The position numbers and the translations under genes are program-made. This document shows, piece by piece, positions 13,020-26,779 of a DNA stretch of 64,000 nt. The DNA comes from Octopus vulgaris (Eukaryota): contig OX597826.1 in NCBI GenBank assembly GCA_951406725.2, positions 6,696,001 through 6,760,000 of the forward strand, written 5' to 3'. The first letter of the stretch is position 1; each line of letters opens with the position of its first letter. The notes below the pieces were generated by a model. It saw only the letters and a program-made list of their open reading frames with translations. It was not told where the DNA came from and did no database searches.

Positions 13020-13670
13020 TACTGTTCTGTATTCTCGAGATGGGGTATTCTGTACACTATTTACAGTATTTACATTGGACAGATATGTGGCCTCATCTTG
13101 TCTGTTGTTACCACGTTTCGGCTGATTTACATCCTTCATCAGGTGTCCTGGTAGAATTTTGAATCCAGCCTTAGGTTCTTGTGCCTAAAGTATTATTTTT
13201 TTTTTTTGGTGATAATATTATTTTTTTTCTTCAAGGCACTGACTGGGAGTGAACTCGAAATTTTGGTGCCAGTAGCCCGCATTTTTAACCACTACGCTAT
13301 ATGCCTGTGGGCAAGTATACAATAAAATTTAGGGCTGATAGACCTAAAATTTTTGCATCCTTCTTTAATACAGGTTCCCATATTCTATTTATATCTGCAC
13401 TAAATCTGCTTGGGAGGTTATTGTGTCCTAGCATATGTGCTGCCTCTTTTCGTTTTCGTATTTGCCAGTGGTATTTTCTGTATATTATTTTAACTTCATC
13501 CCACAGAAGGTAGTCTCCGCTTTTCCATACATGATCAGCTATACCCGATTTTTCTAAATTCCACCAGGACACCTGATGAAGGCTGGAGAGTAAATCAGTT
13601 GAAACGTCGTGGTAGCAACAAACAAGATGAGGACACATAACCGTCCAATGTAAATAATGTAAATAATATT
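13020..13670 (-). mobile_element. 5'-truncated Penelope-like element: GIY-YIG C-terminus, 3' region and inverted terminal copy
   Basis: Minus frame EKSGIADHVWKSGDYLLWDEVKII...WQIRKRKEAAHM matches the PLE endonuclease C-terminus; about 13060-13160 is inverted-duplicated at about 13556-13668; both copies carry CTGATGA...GAAAC. Confidence 0.85.
13235..13306 (-). promoter_or_regulatory. tRNA-derived segment with Pol III A/B boxes (pseudo-tRNA) inside the PLE 3' region
   Basis: Reverse complement aggcataTAGCGTAGTGGttaaaaatgcgggctactggcaccaaaatttcGAGTTCACTCCcagtcagtgcc; box spacing is tRNA-like but stems are imperfect, so not a functional tRNA. Confidence 0.65.
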
Positions 13671-15044
13671 TTATAATGTAATAACTTGTTCATTAGTGAA
13701 AAGCACTTGATATTATATCAATATTTCAGTCATGTTTCAAAGACTGAAGGAAACGGACGTATTCTTCTAATTATTATTTATTCTATGCATACCCTTGTCG
13801 TTTTTTATTACGCTCTCTTCAAAACGACAAGATTTTTCTTTGAGCGTGCATGTGTAAATGAACGTATATATTAGAACATATATAGTTCTAATCTCTTATT
13901 TCCTCGCGACCATTTTCAGAGAAATATTTGTAGTGCATGCTGGAGAAATCCTGGGTTTCAATTGGTAATATCTGTTAATTGGGAAGTCATAAATTATACG
14001 ATCCTCAAATGTAATAGTCTCGCAATAATTAAGGAAGAATATTCCGTAGCTGGTCTATAGTAAACAGAGTCATTTGAACTCATTAGAAAATTTACAGAGA
14101 AGATTTTTCATATGGATTGTTATGGATACGAGTACAGAATTCTGTATAGTTACTTTCCTTTATTTTCCGGTAGTTTTAGAATATAGAATTATATTTTTTC
14201 CCTGAAGTTGTTCGTATTTAGAGGCAAAATAATAAATGTAGGGTTTCAATGTAGATCAGTAATCCAACCAATTATTTCTCATCTATAAATGACATGACAC
14301 AGAGTTCATCCAATGGGAATTTCATGTCTTTAAACAGCAGGATGTCACTTCATTTCACGAATATAAGAGTGGACAATCCTGCCTAATACCCATAATTGGA
14401 TCTAGTCAATTACGATAGATACTACCGATAAAACATTTTATTCAAGTTATTTCACAAACAAAAAAAAAAACATACGAGAATGAAATAAAATCAAAGGTAC
14501 GCTAAAAACAAGAATTAGTCAAATTTAAACACAAACTTTAATAGAAATATTAAAGTAATATTCCTATGAAATATATTTTGCATGAACCAAAATGAAAGGG
14601 CAACTGAACTGTACTGCTTTAAAATCTAAAAATCTAAGTTAAATTTGTGGTGTATTCTGTTCTCCGAATACTATGGCATTCGTAGTTCCAGTATCGTTTG
14701 TTATTTTTTTCATATATTTATTGTATACGCATAATTGAAGTAATTTGGACAAAGCTAAGGAACTGGTTCTGCAGCTGAGATTGATAATGGCTGGAAAAGG
14801 TTAGACCCATTACGATCCTTTCTGATTCGATTCCCAAGAAAATACCCACGCATTCACACCCACGCAAACACACAAACACGCACATACACACACAAACACA
14901 CACATACAAACACACACAAATACATACATACAAACACACACATAGACACACACATATGCGAGTAATGATATGTAGTAAGATAGACAGACATACAGACAGA
15001 CAGACAGACAGATAGATAGATAGATAGTTAGTTAGATAGGTAGA

Positions 15045-15240
15045 TACATACATACATACACACATACATACAAACATACATATATATACATACATACATG
15101 CATACATACATACATACATACATACATACATACATACATACATACATACATACATACATACATACATACATACATACATACATACATACATACATACATA
15201 CATACATACATACATACATACATACATACATACATACATA
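15045..15240. repeat. (CATA)n tetranucleotide microsatellite
   Basis: Direct reading; source of the MYVC-repeat ORFs. Confidence 0.95.
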
Positions 15241-16993
15241 AATAGATATATAGATAGATACACTCTGAAACAGTTAAACTCGCCGAGTGTGGGCTCGAAA
15301 AGGTTAATATTTCCTCCGGCATTTTAAGTTCTGATTTCAGAACCCGCCTAGTTCAGATTTATCTATCATCATATTGCTATCGAAATATAATTCAAAATTT
15401 CACGATAGGAGATTTTTAAACCGTCATAATAAATGCCATGCCATTGTGGTTACTCTCTCTATATATCTCTCACTCTCTCTATATATATCTCTATCTCTGT
15501 CGATCTGTCTTTCTATCTATTTATTTATATATTTCTTGCTCTTTCTATCTATATATATATTTATCTATGTATCTATCTATCTATCTATCTATCAGACAAT
15601 CTATCTATCATCCCTTTGTTTGTCTGTCTGGCACTGTCTATCTGTCAGTCTCTCTCTTTCCTTTTTCCCTCTCTCTCTCTCCGATGTGAAATCCCACTGA
15701 AGATGAACTGAAAGATCGCATCCCACAGGAACAATGAAAACAAATATGCTTGGGAATTTCTTTAAGTGTTTCAGTTGATCATTCACAAACACCACATACC
15801 AACAGACAGGAAAGAATACAACGTGTATTGAAGTTATACGCATACAATAAACAACGCAGGAATGGTACATACTAGGTCACTAATCTTCGTGCACACACAC
15901 ACACAGATGTATATATATATATAATAAACATTAAGTACAGGACATCACCAACGAGAGAAAAATACGTAAACACACGAGAGTTACATACAGGACAAAGTAC
16001 CAAGAGAAGATAACTTGCTCATCAGTTGTCGACTGTTTATTACTACCCATTTTGTGCTTTTAACGACAAGATAGGAATACTTCATTAGACAGCAACATCC
16101 AAAATTTTTTTTAAATATAAAATTTGTGGAGAGTTAGGTCTTAGAGTGAATAAACAACAACAAAGTGGACGTACATACACACATACATAAATATTCAATC
16201 AAATATATGTTTGCAAGCATGCGCGTGTGTGTGTATGTCACTATTCAGTTTTATTTGACGATTTCGCGCGAATAGAGAACGAATCGGTTTTCAGCCTGGC
16301 TCCAAGGCTCCTTCATGGGAATTTCATCATCAGCAACCTGATATTTTTGCATGTATGTATATATTTATATATGGTTCTGTGCAGATTTTGGTATTTCGTT
16401 TTATATATGTCTTCTCATGCATATATTTTCATATTTAGACATGCTCATATATACTTAAATGAGAAACGTCTGGAAAGTTTTACCAATTTTTACAGTTCTA
16501 TTGATAGCTAGGATCTGTGGTATTCGAATGAACGTTTTCTTTTCTAGTTTTCAGAAGCCTAATTTATAAAGATTGGTATTTAGACACTGTCTTACATAAA
16601 CTGGTGCTCCAATAATGAGATGTATAAATATGATTTTGTAATCTAGATAGAGTAACTGTAGAATTCTCAATAGCTCTGTGTAGGTATTCTGTTTGTCAGT
16701 GATCCGTATGTATGTATGTATGTATGTATGTATGTATGTATGTATGTATGTATGTATGTATGTATGTATGTATGTATGTATGCATGTATGAATGTACGTA
16801 TGTATGTATGTATGTTTGTATTCATGAGTATCCGACGTCCTTTGGCGAACCTGGCGTGGTTCTAGTAAATGCTTTGAGCACTGTGAAAATATCTCCTGGG
16901 CCAATAATGGTATAAGTATGCATCCAAATGGGCTTTTCTCACTTACTAACAGGTGCCGTGATTGTTAAGGGAATGAAAGGGATATCTGGTGGA

Positions 16994-17052
<59 letters not shown>

Positions 17053-17055
<3 letters not shown>

Positions 17056-17279
17056 TTATTTATTGCCCACAAGGGGCTAAACATAGAGGGGGCAAACAAG
17101 GACAGACAAAGGGTGTAGGTCGATTCCATCGACCCCAGTGCTAAACTGGTACTTTATTTATCGACCACGAATAAATAAAGTACCAGTTTCGCACTGGGGT
17201 CGATGTTATCGACTTAATACCATTGTCTGTCCTTGTTTGTCCCCTCTATGTTTAGCCCCGTGTGGGCAATAAAGAAATA
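17053..17279. mobile_element. Two SINE family B 3' halves joined head-to-head (hairpin)
   Basis: 17053-17160 is the near reverse complement of 17170-17279; both match the tail of the full copy at 61572. Confidence 0.9.
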
Positions 17280-18991
17280 TATATATATACATATTCAAAC
17301 AGGCCATATTATTAAGGAGATATTTTCTCGTTTGCTTCGTTTTTGTACTTCAAAAGTTTGTGAGATGAGATTTGTTTTAGCAATGACATTATTCTTCTCC
17401 AGACAGATGTCTTCAATAAAATTCTTATCTTCAGAGAGAAAGATATAAGAACAAAATGGAAATTGTTTTACATGGCTCCATGATGTCTGCGTACGTTTGA
17501 CCTCTTGAATATATGCATCACCCGTAAAAAAATGGTACGGAAATAATTAATAAAATATAAAACAACGGAATGTTTGACACAAAGTGTTATGTCATTTCAG
17601 GCATGATGTTGAGAATTTGAGAACTGAAGAATATACCATAAAAACAAAATACTATTTCCAACGTACGTGCTAATAATGTGATAAAATATATATATATATA
17701 TATAAAGATTATTTCATATCATATTGTGAGATATTAAGAAAATGTGTTTGCGATAAAAAAAAAAGCGGGGGAATGGCATGAGATTATGAGCCAAGTAAAT
17801 TATTAAACATTTTCACACCAAATGGACATCAATAATGAAAGTGTCTGCAGTTATAAATTACTTTTGCTTGCAAATGTCTATGTCAGAGCGAATTATTGGT
17901 GTTTTGCAATACATAATCAGTGTATTTTGAATTGTTTTCATAGAAATAGTGATGAAAGAAAATACAGTCTACACTTGTATATTTGATCATGTTTAATGTT
18001 CCATCTATTTTCTGAAATACTTCATGTGCTAAACATGCAAAATATATTAAGCGCAGAAGAATAAAAGACTCTTATATACTACAATACATATGTTCTGTCT
18101 TCTATTAGATATTGGTAATATAGCAAAATTTTATGATAAGATGACAGAATAATTTCTCCTACCATAGTAAACAGCAAATATCTTTTTGCGTCTAACACAT
18201 AATTTTACCCACCCACCTTGAGATACAGGATTTACCCGTGTCCTACTTTACACCAAAGAAAACATGTCAACAATAATAAAGTATACTACACAGAGTACGT
18301 TACACCATAATCGGTTTGTTTGCTGTTGATATAATTGAAGACGAGATGTCGACCGCGATAGATTGTTGGGTTTAAAATAAAGCAGCCTAAAGCAGCATCT
18401 ACTGTGAAAGCTGCATCAACGGATATGAGTTACAACTAGACGAAATGCCCAGGCGGTTTAACTACACAAGCCTCCAATATTCAAGCGGTTTAAATGTAAC
18501 TGTAGAAGGACATTTAGGAGTTCTAATCCGGATTCGTAACCCAGAACCCTTAGAGGGTAACATGTTGAGGGCCCAAACAGTACTTGCTTGATGTGAGGTT
18601 TCATTTCTGAAGACATTCGGATGTTCAGCTCTCTTTAGAGTTTAGTAGCTCTTCGTACGTAATTTCAGCATTCGGCACCATGATATCATGATCAAACTGT
18701 GCCACAATATATCAGACTGACGAGAAGGGAATGCCGCTCTTATATAGAATATGCAAGGTTTGATGATTATTTACCCCGAAGAGGATTACCAACATATATT
18801 TCGGAGAACATTGGAACAATAATATCGTAATTCTAGCTTGAAAATAATATAGATATATTAAAGCTAGAAATAAGGCTATATTATACCAAAGATTCAGCAG
18901 TGGATTATCTCATCGTACGGTATATACACTTCATATATTTTTGACATACGTGAACATCTGTAGACGTATTACATACAGTGTCATATATAGA

Positions 18992-19843
18992 CAGGGTGCG
19001 GTGAATAAACTTTCGTATAAATTACGCAAAAATGAGAATAACAATGACATCTTATTTTCAGATATATTTACCAAAATTACATAGAAATATCTTGAAATAC
19101 CAAAGAGTAACTTTATTCAATAAAAGCGCTATTGGCTTCAACCACGGCTTCCAAACGACTTCAGAGTCTCCTGCAACTCTTCTGGACAGTCTCTTTGTTT
19201 AAGTTGGTCAATGCTGCCATAAGCATTACCTTCAGTTACTCATGGTGTTACAAGGAGTGTTGTTGTTCTGTCGCTCAGCTGTGCCCCACACATAACAATC
19301 AAGTGGGGCTCAATCTGGGGAACTAGGTGATCAGATGCTAGAGGTGATGAGGACGTAGAACATTGTCCGATAACTATGACTAGGTTCTCTTGCTTGTGTG
19401 GCGTGGTGTAGAGTCTTGTTGCCTCAAGACTCTTCCAGCAGGCATCCTCTTGGCCAAGGGCAGCACTGTATCCCCTAGGCATTTAATATAGCCCTCTATC
19501 TGGAGAGTCTGAGGCTGTATGGAAAGATGAATGGAGGTATAACGTCGCCATCGCAAGCGATCCCTCAAAATACCATGATTTTTATCACTTTCAGTATATG
19601 TCTTCAGTTCGACCCACAAACCATCTGAAATGCTCGTATTAGAGTTTCCAGCGCGAATAGCAAGGACTACGGACTGTTGTTTCCACGTTTCTGGCAGAGT
19701 AAATTGCGTCATGGTGCTCCTTTTCACACAGTGGGTGCCCAGCCGACCCTACTATATTTTGTAGTCGACAAAATCAAAAACAAACAATCCATATTCGAGG
19801 AATTAAAAATATAAACTTGCGACAATTTACCCAACGCACACTG
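18992..19843 (-). mobile_element. Internally deleted DD37D (maT/mori-type) Tc1/mariner element with transposase pseudogene
   Basis: Imperfect TIRs cagggtgcggtgaataaactttcg / cgacaatttacccaacgcacactg; minus strand QQDSTPRHTS...SPD*APLDCYVWG...SRLEAVVEANSAFIE*; 37 residues between the last two Asp after correcting one frameshift. Confidence 0.85.
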
Positions 19844-20925
19844 CATAAATGTGTGTGTGAGTATTTGTATGTGCGTGTGTGTATGTGTGCGTGTGTGTAT
19901 GTGTGTGTGTGTGTGTGTATGTATGTGGTATATTGTGTTTTATATTATCTATGTGAACCTGTTCATATTTGTCTAATTAGTATTTGTTCAATACAAATAT
20001 AAGACTACTTGTATTGACGTAAATATTACACGAATTTATACTTGAGAAGCAGCTGCGAGAAAGTAATATGTGTTACTCTATTATTGCTCCTCTGGAACAA
20101 TTTATTTATTTTTTTTAAACTTATTTTTCAAGTAAAACTGTAATGGAACACGATAGGAAATTGTTGGGAAATAGATATTCCGTAGTTTTCTCTAGCCGAA
20201 TCAAATTATTTTCATTCCGAAATATTGTGTTATAAATCACTTTCGTTACGTTAAATTAGTGTTGTAAATACTAAATTATATTGTTTATTAATTGATATAA
20301 TACTAAATTTCTACCGACCTACGTTCAGTCAATAACTCGATTGCATGTTCTAAAAATACATATTCGCAGCTCTAAGATAACCAACAGAAAATACAATCGG
20401 AAAATGAATGGATATAGTATGCTGATCTGAAATATTAAACAGTAAACTCAGTAGAGAGCAGATAAATACAGTTCATAAATATAATACTAGTCTACCAAAA
20501 AATAAAATTGTATCACCAATCGGCAATTTGAAATTGTTGTATGATGTTATTGGGGAAACATCTAGTTCAGAGTCTCTTTTTAAACAACTTCAACAAGGAA
20601 ATAACTTCGTTCACTAATGATTCCTTGAGAGGAGAAGAAGGTTTTTTGTTATTGCTTCACTTTGACGCGTAATATTGAAATAGTGTAAGAGATAAGAGAT
20701 TGCTCTGGACTCGCATTAGGGAAGAAGTTGAATGTTTTTGGGAGGACCCATGACATTGCACGGACACAAAGTAAGACTGATATAAAATTGGAATGACATT
20801 TGTTGGGTAGTTGTCGAGTTGAGTAGTTGATGCACACATACAGACACACACACACACACACATATATACATAAACATATGTGTATGTGCGTGGATGTATG
20901 TATGTGTATCTATCAACAACTATAT

Positions 20926-20979
<54 letters not shown>

Positions 20980-21001
20980 ATATATGTGTATAAATATATA
21001 C

Positions 21002-21078
<77 letters not shown>

Positions 21079-22420
21079 TATATGTGTGTATGTAGGTATT
21101 TGTGTATATGAATGCATGTATTTATGTATGTGTGTATATATACGTGTGTGTGTGTAAAGAAATTTGACTAATAACTGAATGATTAGAACTAATTCTTATC
21201 TTCTTAGAATCTTGTCGAGCAAATTTATATTTATATATATATATATATATTCAAATATGTAACCTGTGGTCAGTATCGCTAAAATCATACTTCTAAGAGA
21301 TCTAATGAAGCCGAAATACATTTGAATTTGACAGCGTATAAGACATACGATTTGACTCTCTATATACGGTATTCGTTTCAATTTTTTAAACTGCGGAATT
21401 TTGGAGTCTACTTTTTGTATCCAACTCTTTTCGTAAATAATTAGTCATTAAAATATTAACTAGATCTCCACGCTACCAGTCTAAAACTTATTGGCGCATT
21501 ACATTATCTATAGCAGTCCTTACACTGTTAATATGATCTAAGGCAACTCACCAAAACAATCCTGATTTAGCAAATTTCTATCTTGTAGACGTTGTTAGAT
21601 ATAGGCGAGAGAGCTAAGATGCTCTCGTATGAAGATTCGTATGAATTCTCATAAAGCATCTTTCTATCTTTGAAACGTTATAATATATAAACGAGACAGC
21701 TAACTAAATGTCATCTGCAAAGTCGTATCAAATAGTTTTTGACAAAATAAAATAGGATTGTCTTGCTACGTGTTAAAACCTAAGGCATTTATTTATATCG
21801 ACTTGCCGGAGGATTAAATTTTGATTCAGAAAATGCTCTGACAACCAGATCAATGAGTGTTACACTATGGTTTATTTATAATTTTATATTTTCTTTAATA
21901 CGAAACACATGTTTGAGAGATGTCCTGCGGGAGAAACAAAGTGTTGGATAATTTTGTTTTACACTTCAAGAAATTTGATAAAATATTGCAGAAATTATGA
22001 CTTTTCAAGTAGGAAGCTCAAAGTGAATTAGACGCTCAAAGATGCACTACCAGAATTTAAATTCGAATTATAAATGAAATTCTTATGTAATTCTTATTGA
22101 GTCATAAAGCGCCGAGACCTTAACTAGCTGTAACGATGAGTAATGCGTTGTGAACAATAAATAAGGCGAAAATAAAATTGTGGTATAGTAACTACAGTCC
22201 CCATTGAGTAGTAATTCCGCTATACGTTTAGTAATAACCGCAATGCATTCAACTACAAAATGTCGTGGTTTCTTCCGACTCGCATGATGTACATCACAGA
22301 TTACTCGTGTTCGTTATTTTGTCTGTAAAATTTGAACATTTCCAAGCGCTTCTGAAAAATAGCGACTAATTTACCCACTGATAAATGCAGCACACAATAG
22401 CTGGTACACAGTTCACACGC

Positions 22421-22457
<37 letters not shown>

Positions 22458-22482
22458 TATATATCATACATGCATACGTATA

Positions 22483-22642
22483 CCGCATTTCAACGTGTAT
22501 AAGGCACTGATTGTGGGGGCTTAAAATCTGGAAGGACATGTTTTGTAAGCGATTATAATACTAGCCCTGTATAAGATACTCCCATACTTTTTAAAAGCTA
22601 ATTTCGGACAAAAAAGGGTTCCTTATACACGTTAAAATACGG
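22483..22642. mobile_element. 160-bp pogo/Tc2-like MITE
   Basis: TIRs ccgcatttcaacgtgtataagg / ccttatacacgttaaaatacgg, TA on both flanks. Confidence 0.85.
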
Positions 22643-23797
22643 TATATATATATATATGTATATATATAAGACACAGTCTATTTGTTCGAACGTATACCTG
22701 AGTGTTTAGAACCATTATATACCGCGAGGAATCTTTCTGAAGAAAGTAAAATCGATTATCTTCAGTTAATAACCTTGTTCAAAATATCATTCTGTAATCC
22801 AAAGATTTAGTCAGTTATCTGGAAAACATATGCTGAAGGAAAGTGTTAGTGGACCTCTATTAAAACATTTATTAAAATGGTAATATTTGTTTCTCTAAGT
22901 CACTGTTATTTTTCACTTTCACATCCTTTCTCTGTTTAAACCTTACTCTAAATTCACCATCATCATTTGATGCGAAAATGTATAACCACTCGAGATATCA
23001 GTTTATAAACTGAAAACTAAAACGATCTATTTTCTGCCAAATATTAAGAGATAAATTTTTGCACAGTACAAATTCTAATCAATATGCGTAATACAACATT
23101 CTGGCCATGTTATTACGGTAAAATGGAGGACACTAAACTTAGAATTGATGCTCTCAGGAAGCTGTGTTTAGTGAAATGGGTTTATATCAATACTGAATCA
23201 ATACAAATGTCTCTTTGCTAATATTGACCGGACAATAGTTCTTCTTGGTGAATACCAAATTGATATCGATACACGAGTTCATTCACTGCTACTAAATACA
23301 GTTATGAATGTGCGATACAATGATACCTTAGCCTCAGAATATTTTATATAAATAAAATTTAAAAAGAACTGCGTAACAAAACAGGATAAAATACAGTAAA
23401 AGAAAAAAAATGTGTGTGTTTAAATAAATTGTTTGTTCCTTTTTTCCATCATTCATAAAATTCTATTGTAAAATGTTCAGCAAAATTGCAACACCATTAA
23501 AAGCTTTTTAAAGAAGACGGTTAGCTGCAAGTAAGGTAAATTTAGTGAAATCGCTGTATATTAGAGTGGTCAAGCGAAGATCATATATAAGCGAAGATCA
23601 TATCTAAGAGTAATCTTCTTTATGAACTTAAGCCTAACTTTGGTTTTGAATTCCACGTATAAATATATATATTTTACGACTGACAAAGGAATAATTAACT
23701 TTTGGTTATGAAAGCGTTATGCACGGATATTTCATGTCTCAGATATCATGACCATATATTGTATATGTGTCTGCGTGGTGTATACACGTACAAGCAG

Positions 23798-23900
<103 letters not shown>

Positions 23901-23904
23901 TGCT

Positions 23905-24156
23905 TATAAACGGTAGAAAAGTAACACACGAGTTGATAGGAATAAGGAAAATTATACAAGATGGAAATTGCTCCAGTACTTTTAGCATGAAGTACATTTT
24001 AGTACCGGTTTCCGTTCTTTTTCGACTATTTCAACTCAGAGTAAAATAAGAAAAAAGTAGTAAATTGGAGAAAAAATCCGGTTATGTTTTGTAGATATTT
24101 TCGTAGTCTTTGAATAGGTTAAATATTTCCATAGTTTTCAAACAGTCTGTCTCTCT

Positions 24157-24199
<43 letters not shown>

Positions 24200-24480
24200 G
24201 TCTCTTTCACACTATCTCTCTGTTCCTCTGTGAATGCCTGAGAGATAGGGAACTAGTTAGTAATAGATCTGAAGGAATAGTTTGGGTAGAGAGAATTGAC
24301 GGTTTAAGCAGAAGCAGCCGAGGGTAGTGGGAGGATAAGAAGAGCAGGAAGAAGAAGAAAGAGGAGGAGGATGTGGAGGAGAAGGAGAAGGAGAAGATGA
24401 AGGATGAAGAGAAGTAGGAGTAGGGAAATAAGGGGGAGAAGAAAAATGAAAAGAACAGATACGAAAAATATAGGAATACT
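23905..24480 (-). mobile_element. Solo 3' region (pLTR-like) of the PLE family at 48.7-50.9 kb
   Basis: Reverse complement aligns by eye with 50450-50915 (ctgcttaaac, ttcagatct, GA tract, tatggaaatattta, gttgaaa..tcgaaaa..gaaaccggta, gcaatttc). Confidence 0.7.
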
Positions 24481-24579
24481 GTGTCGCAGTAAATTGTTCG
24501 TGGAATCTTAATGTTTGTTTGTATATCTATATACGTATATATGTGTCTGCCTTTCTGTGTATGCATTTAAATATGGATG

Positions 24580-24662
<83 letters not shown>

Positions 24663-24811
24663 CATATATATATAAATACATACACACACTTATATACGTA
24701 TGTATGTATATATACATACATACACACACTTATATACGTATAAGTGGCTGGGACACCGCCATTCGGTGTTGCTACATGATGCTACGAATGCTTTTTAGCA
24801 ATTGATATTTG

Positions 24812-24876
<65 letters not shown>

Positions 24877-25339
24877 TATATACATACACACACACATATA
24901 TACGTATGTATATATATATATTCGTCTGGCTGCTTGTACATGTGTGCATGTGGATTGTAGACCTCTGCGTCTATTTTATATACTCATTTTATATATAAAT
25001 AGAATCCTTCATTTCTATATGTATTGTGGTTTCTATGTCATTCATATGTGCATCAAATCCTACCTATCTTCATAATTCCTTTAGTCGCTTATCTATAGAT
25101 TTGCCTTACCTCTCATATTGAAACACGTTTCAGGAAGCAATGCTTCATCAACCATTCGACCTTTATTTTTTTAGTAACGTGATTTTTAAGGGCACTTCAC
25201 GTTACCTTTTAAATTCTCTAACTGACCCCATAGGTTGATATAATAGCTTGATAGAAACCAATGAGCGTTTGTAATAGGATCTTCATTAATTTTTTGTATT
25301 CCAAACGACGACGATGATGACAAGGCAGATGCTGCAGCT

Positions 25340-25765
25340 ACTGATAATGGTGGTGGTGGTGGTGGTGTTGGTGAAGTTCATGGTGGTGGTGATGATGGTG
25401 GTGGTGATGGTGATGGTGATGGTGGTGGTGGTGAAGGTCGTGGTGGTGGTAGTGATGATGATGGCGGTAGTTGTAGTGATGATGCTGGCGGTGGTGGTTG
25501 TCGTTGTGGTGGTGGTGGTGGTGGTGGTGGTGATGGTGATGATGATGGTGGTGGTGGTGGTGGTGGTCTTTGGTGGTGGTGGTGAAGGTCGTGGTGGTGG
25601 TGGTAGTGATGATGATGGCGGTAGTTGTAGTGATGATGCTGGCGGTGGTGGTTGTCGTTGTGGTGGTGGTGGTGGTGGTGGTGGTGATGGTGGTCGTGGT
25701 GATGATGGTGGTCGTGGTGGTCGTGGTGGTCGTGTCTTTGGTGGTGGTGGTGATGTTGGCTTGGT
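25340..25765. repeat. (GGT/GAT)n array with a ~151-bp internal duplication
   Basis: gaaggtcgtggtggt...agtgatgatgatggcggtagttgtagtgatgatgctggcgg block starts at 25433 and again at 25584; source of the poly-V/H/T/P ORFs. Confidence 0.9.
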
Positions 25766-26779
25766 GATAATAACTCAACATTATGATAATATCTCAAAGC
25801 TGGAGATTTTCACAATGTGTTAGATCAGTATTTGTAGAGCTGAAGTTTTACGCTACAGCGCTAATCTTCTCACAAAACAACGCTACCTTGCTGGATGAAA
25901 ATGTTCAACGATGCAACAGGACCACCGTCCACCTTTCATCATTTGAAAAACGTTAACATTGTTGTATATTTCCTGAAAACATATCGGCGCACTGTATCAA
26001 TACGCCTCACACTAGCATCATAATGTAACAAAATTGCCCTACAGCGACCCATCCCTTTAGCTATTTCAAGTTAAAATATGTATTACATTTGAAACCTTAG
26101 TTATCTTAGAAAATGAAGTTGCGATAATTCTCTGGCCATATTACACACATGCAGGCTAACAGATATCACATATCAGGCATCATTTCACATGTCATGACAA
26201 AATTGACAATAGCGTACTAATTATAATCATACCAAATTACTATAATGTTGTGTAGAAGCGACGTGAAAGGTTAAGTAATTACATTAAGCGATGTCCTCAT
26301 TTAAGCATATAGCAATTAACGAATGTGGATGAATAAGGAAAATATTCAGATGCGCTTGCTGCATGAAATATCAGTAACAAAGTGGATTCTACAAGAAGTA
26401 GACGAAACTCTAAGATAGCAAAAATAAATAAATAAATAGACAATAAATAAATGAATGTAGTAAAAAAAAAGCAAACCACATTACGAAAAAGACTGATATA
26501 TCAAGCTAGGATACTAGCATACTATTATAACTATTAGTCACAGAAAGACAACGTGAATCTCATACAGGGTTGCAGAGGCGGGAATAGCAAGGTATTCAAT
26601 GAAACTGTCAAAACAAAAGTAAGTTAATAAGGGGCACGAACAAAGCCAATCTAAGTGATTGTTTTCTACCTTCAAAGAACAAAATCATATAAAATCAACA
26701 AAAGAAGAAAAACATGAAGAAAATAGAGAATTCTTAGAAGAATAAGCAAATATTTCGAGAACTAAATATTTTCATAATT

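Noticed and set aside
13235-13306. Functional tRNA gene
   Set aside because: The D, anticodon and T stems do not pair properly; retained only as a tRNA-derived promoter segment
18400-18590. YCESCINGYEL... EGF-like peptide
   Set aside because: Short frame bounded by stops, no convincing splice sites, only two Cys
25314-25823. Gly-, His- or Pro-rich structural protein ORFs
   Set aside because: GGT microsatellite open in several frames, with an internal duplication that is not a multiple of 3
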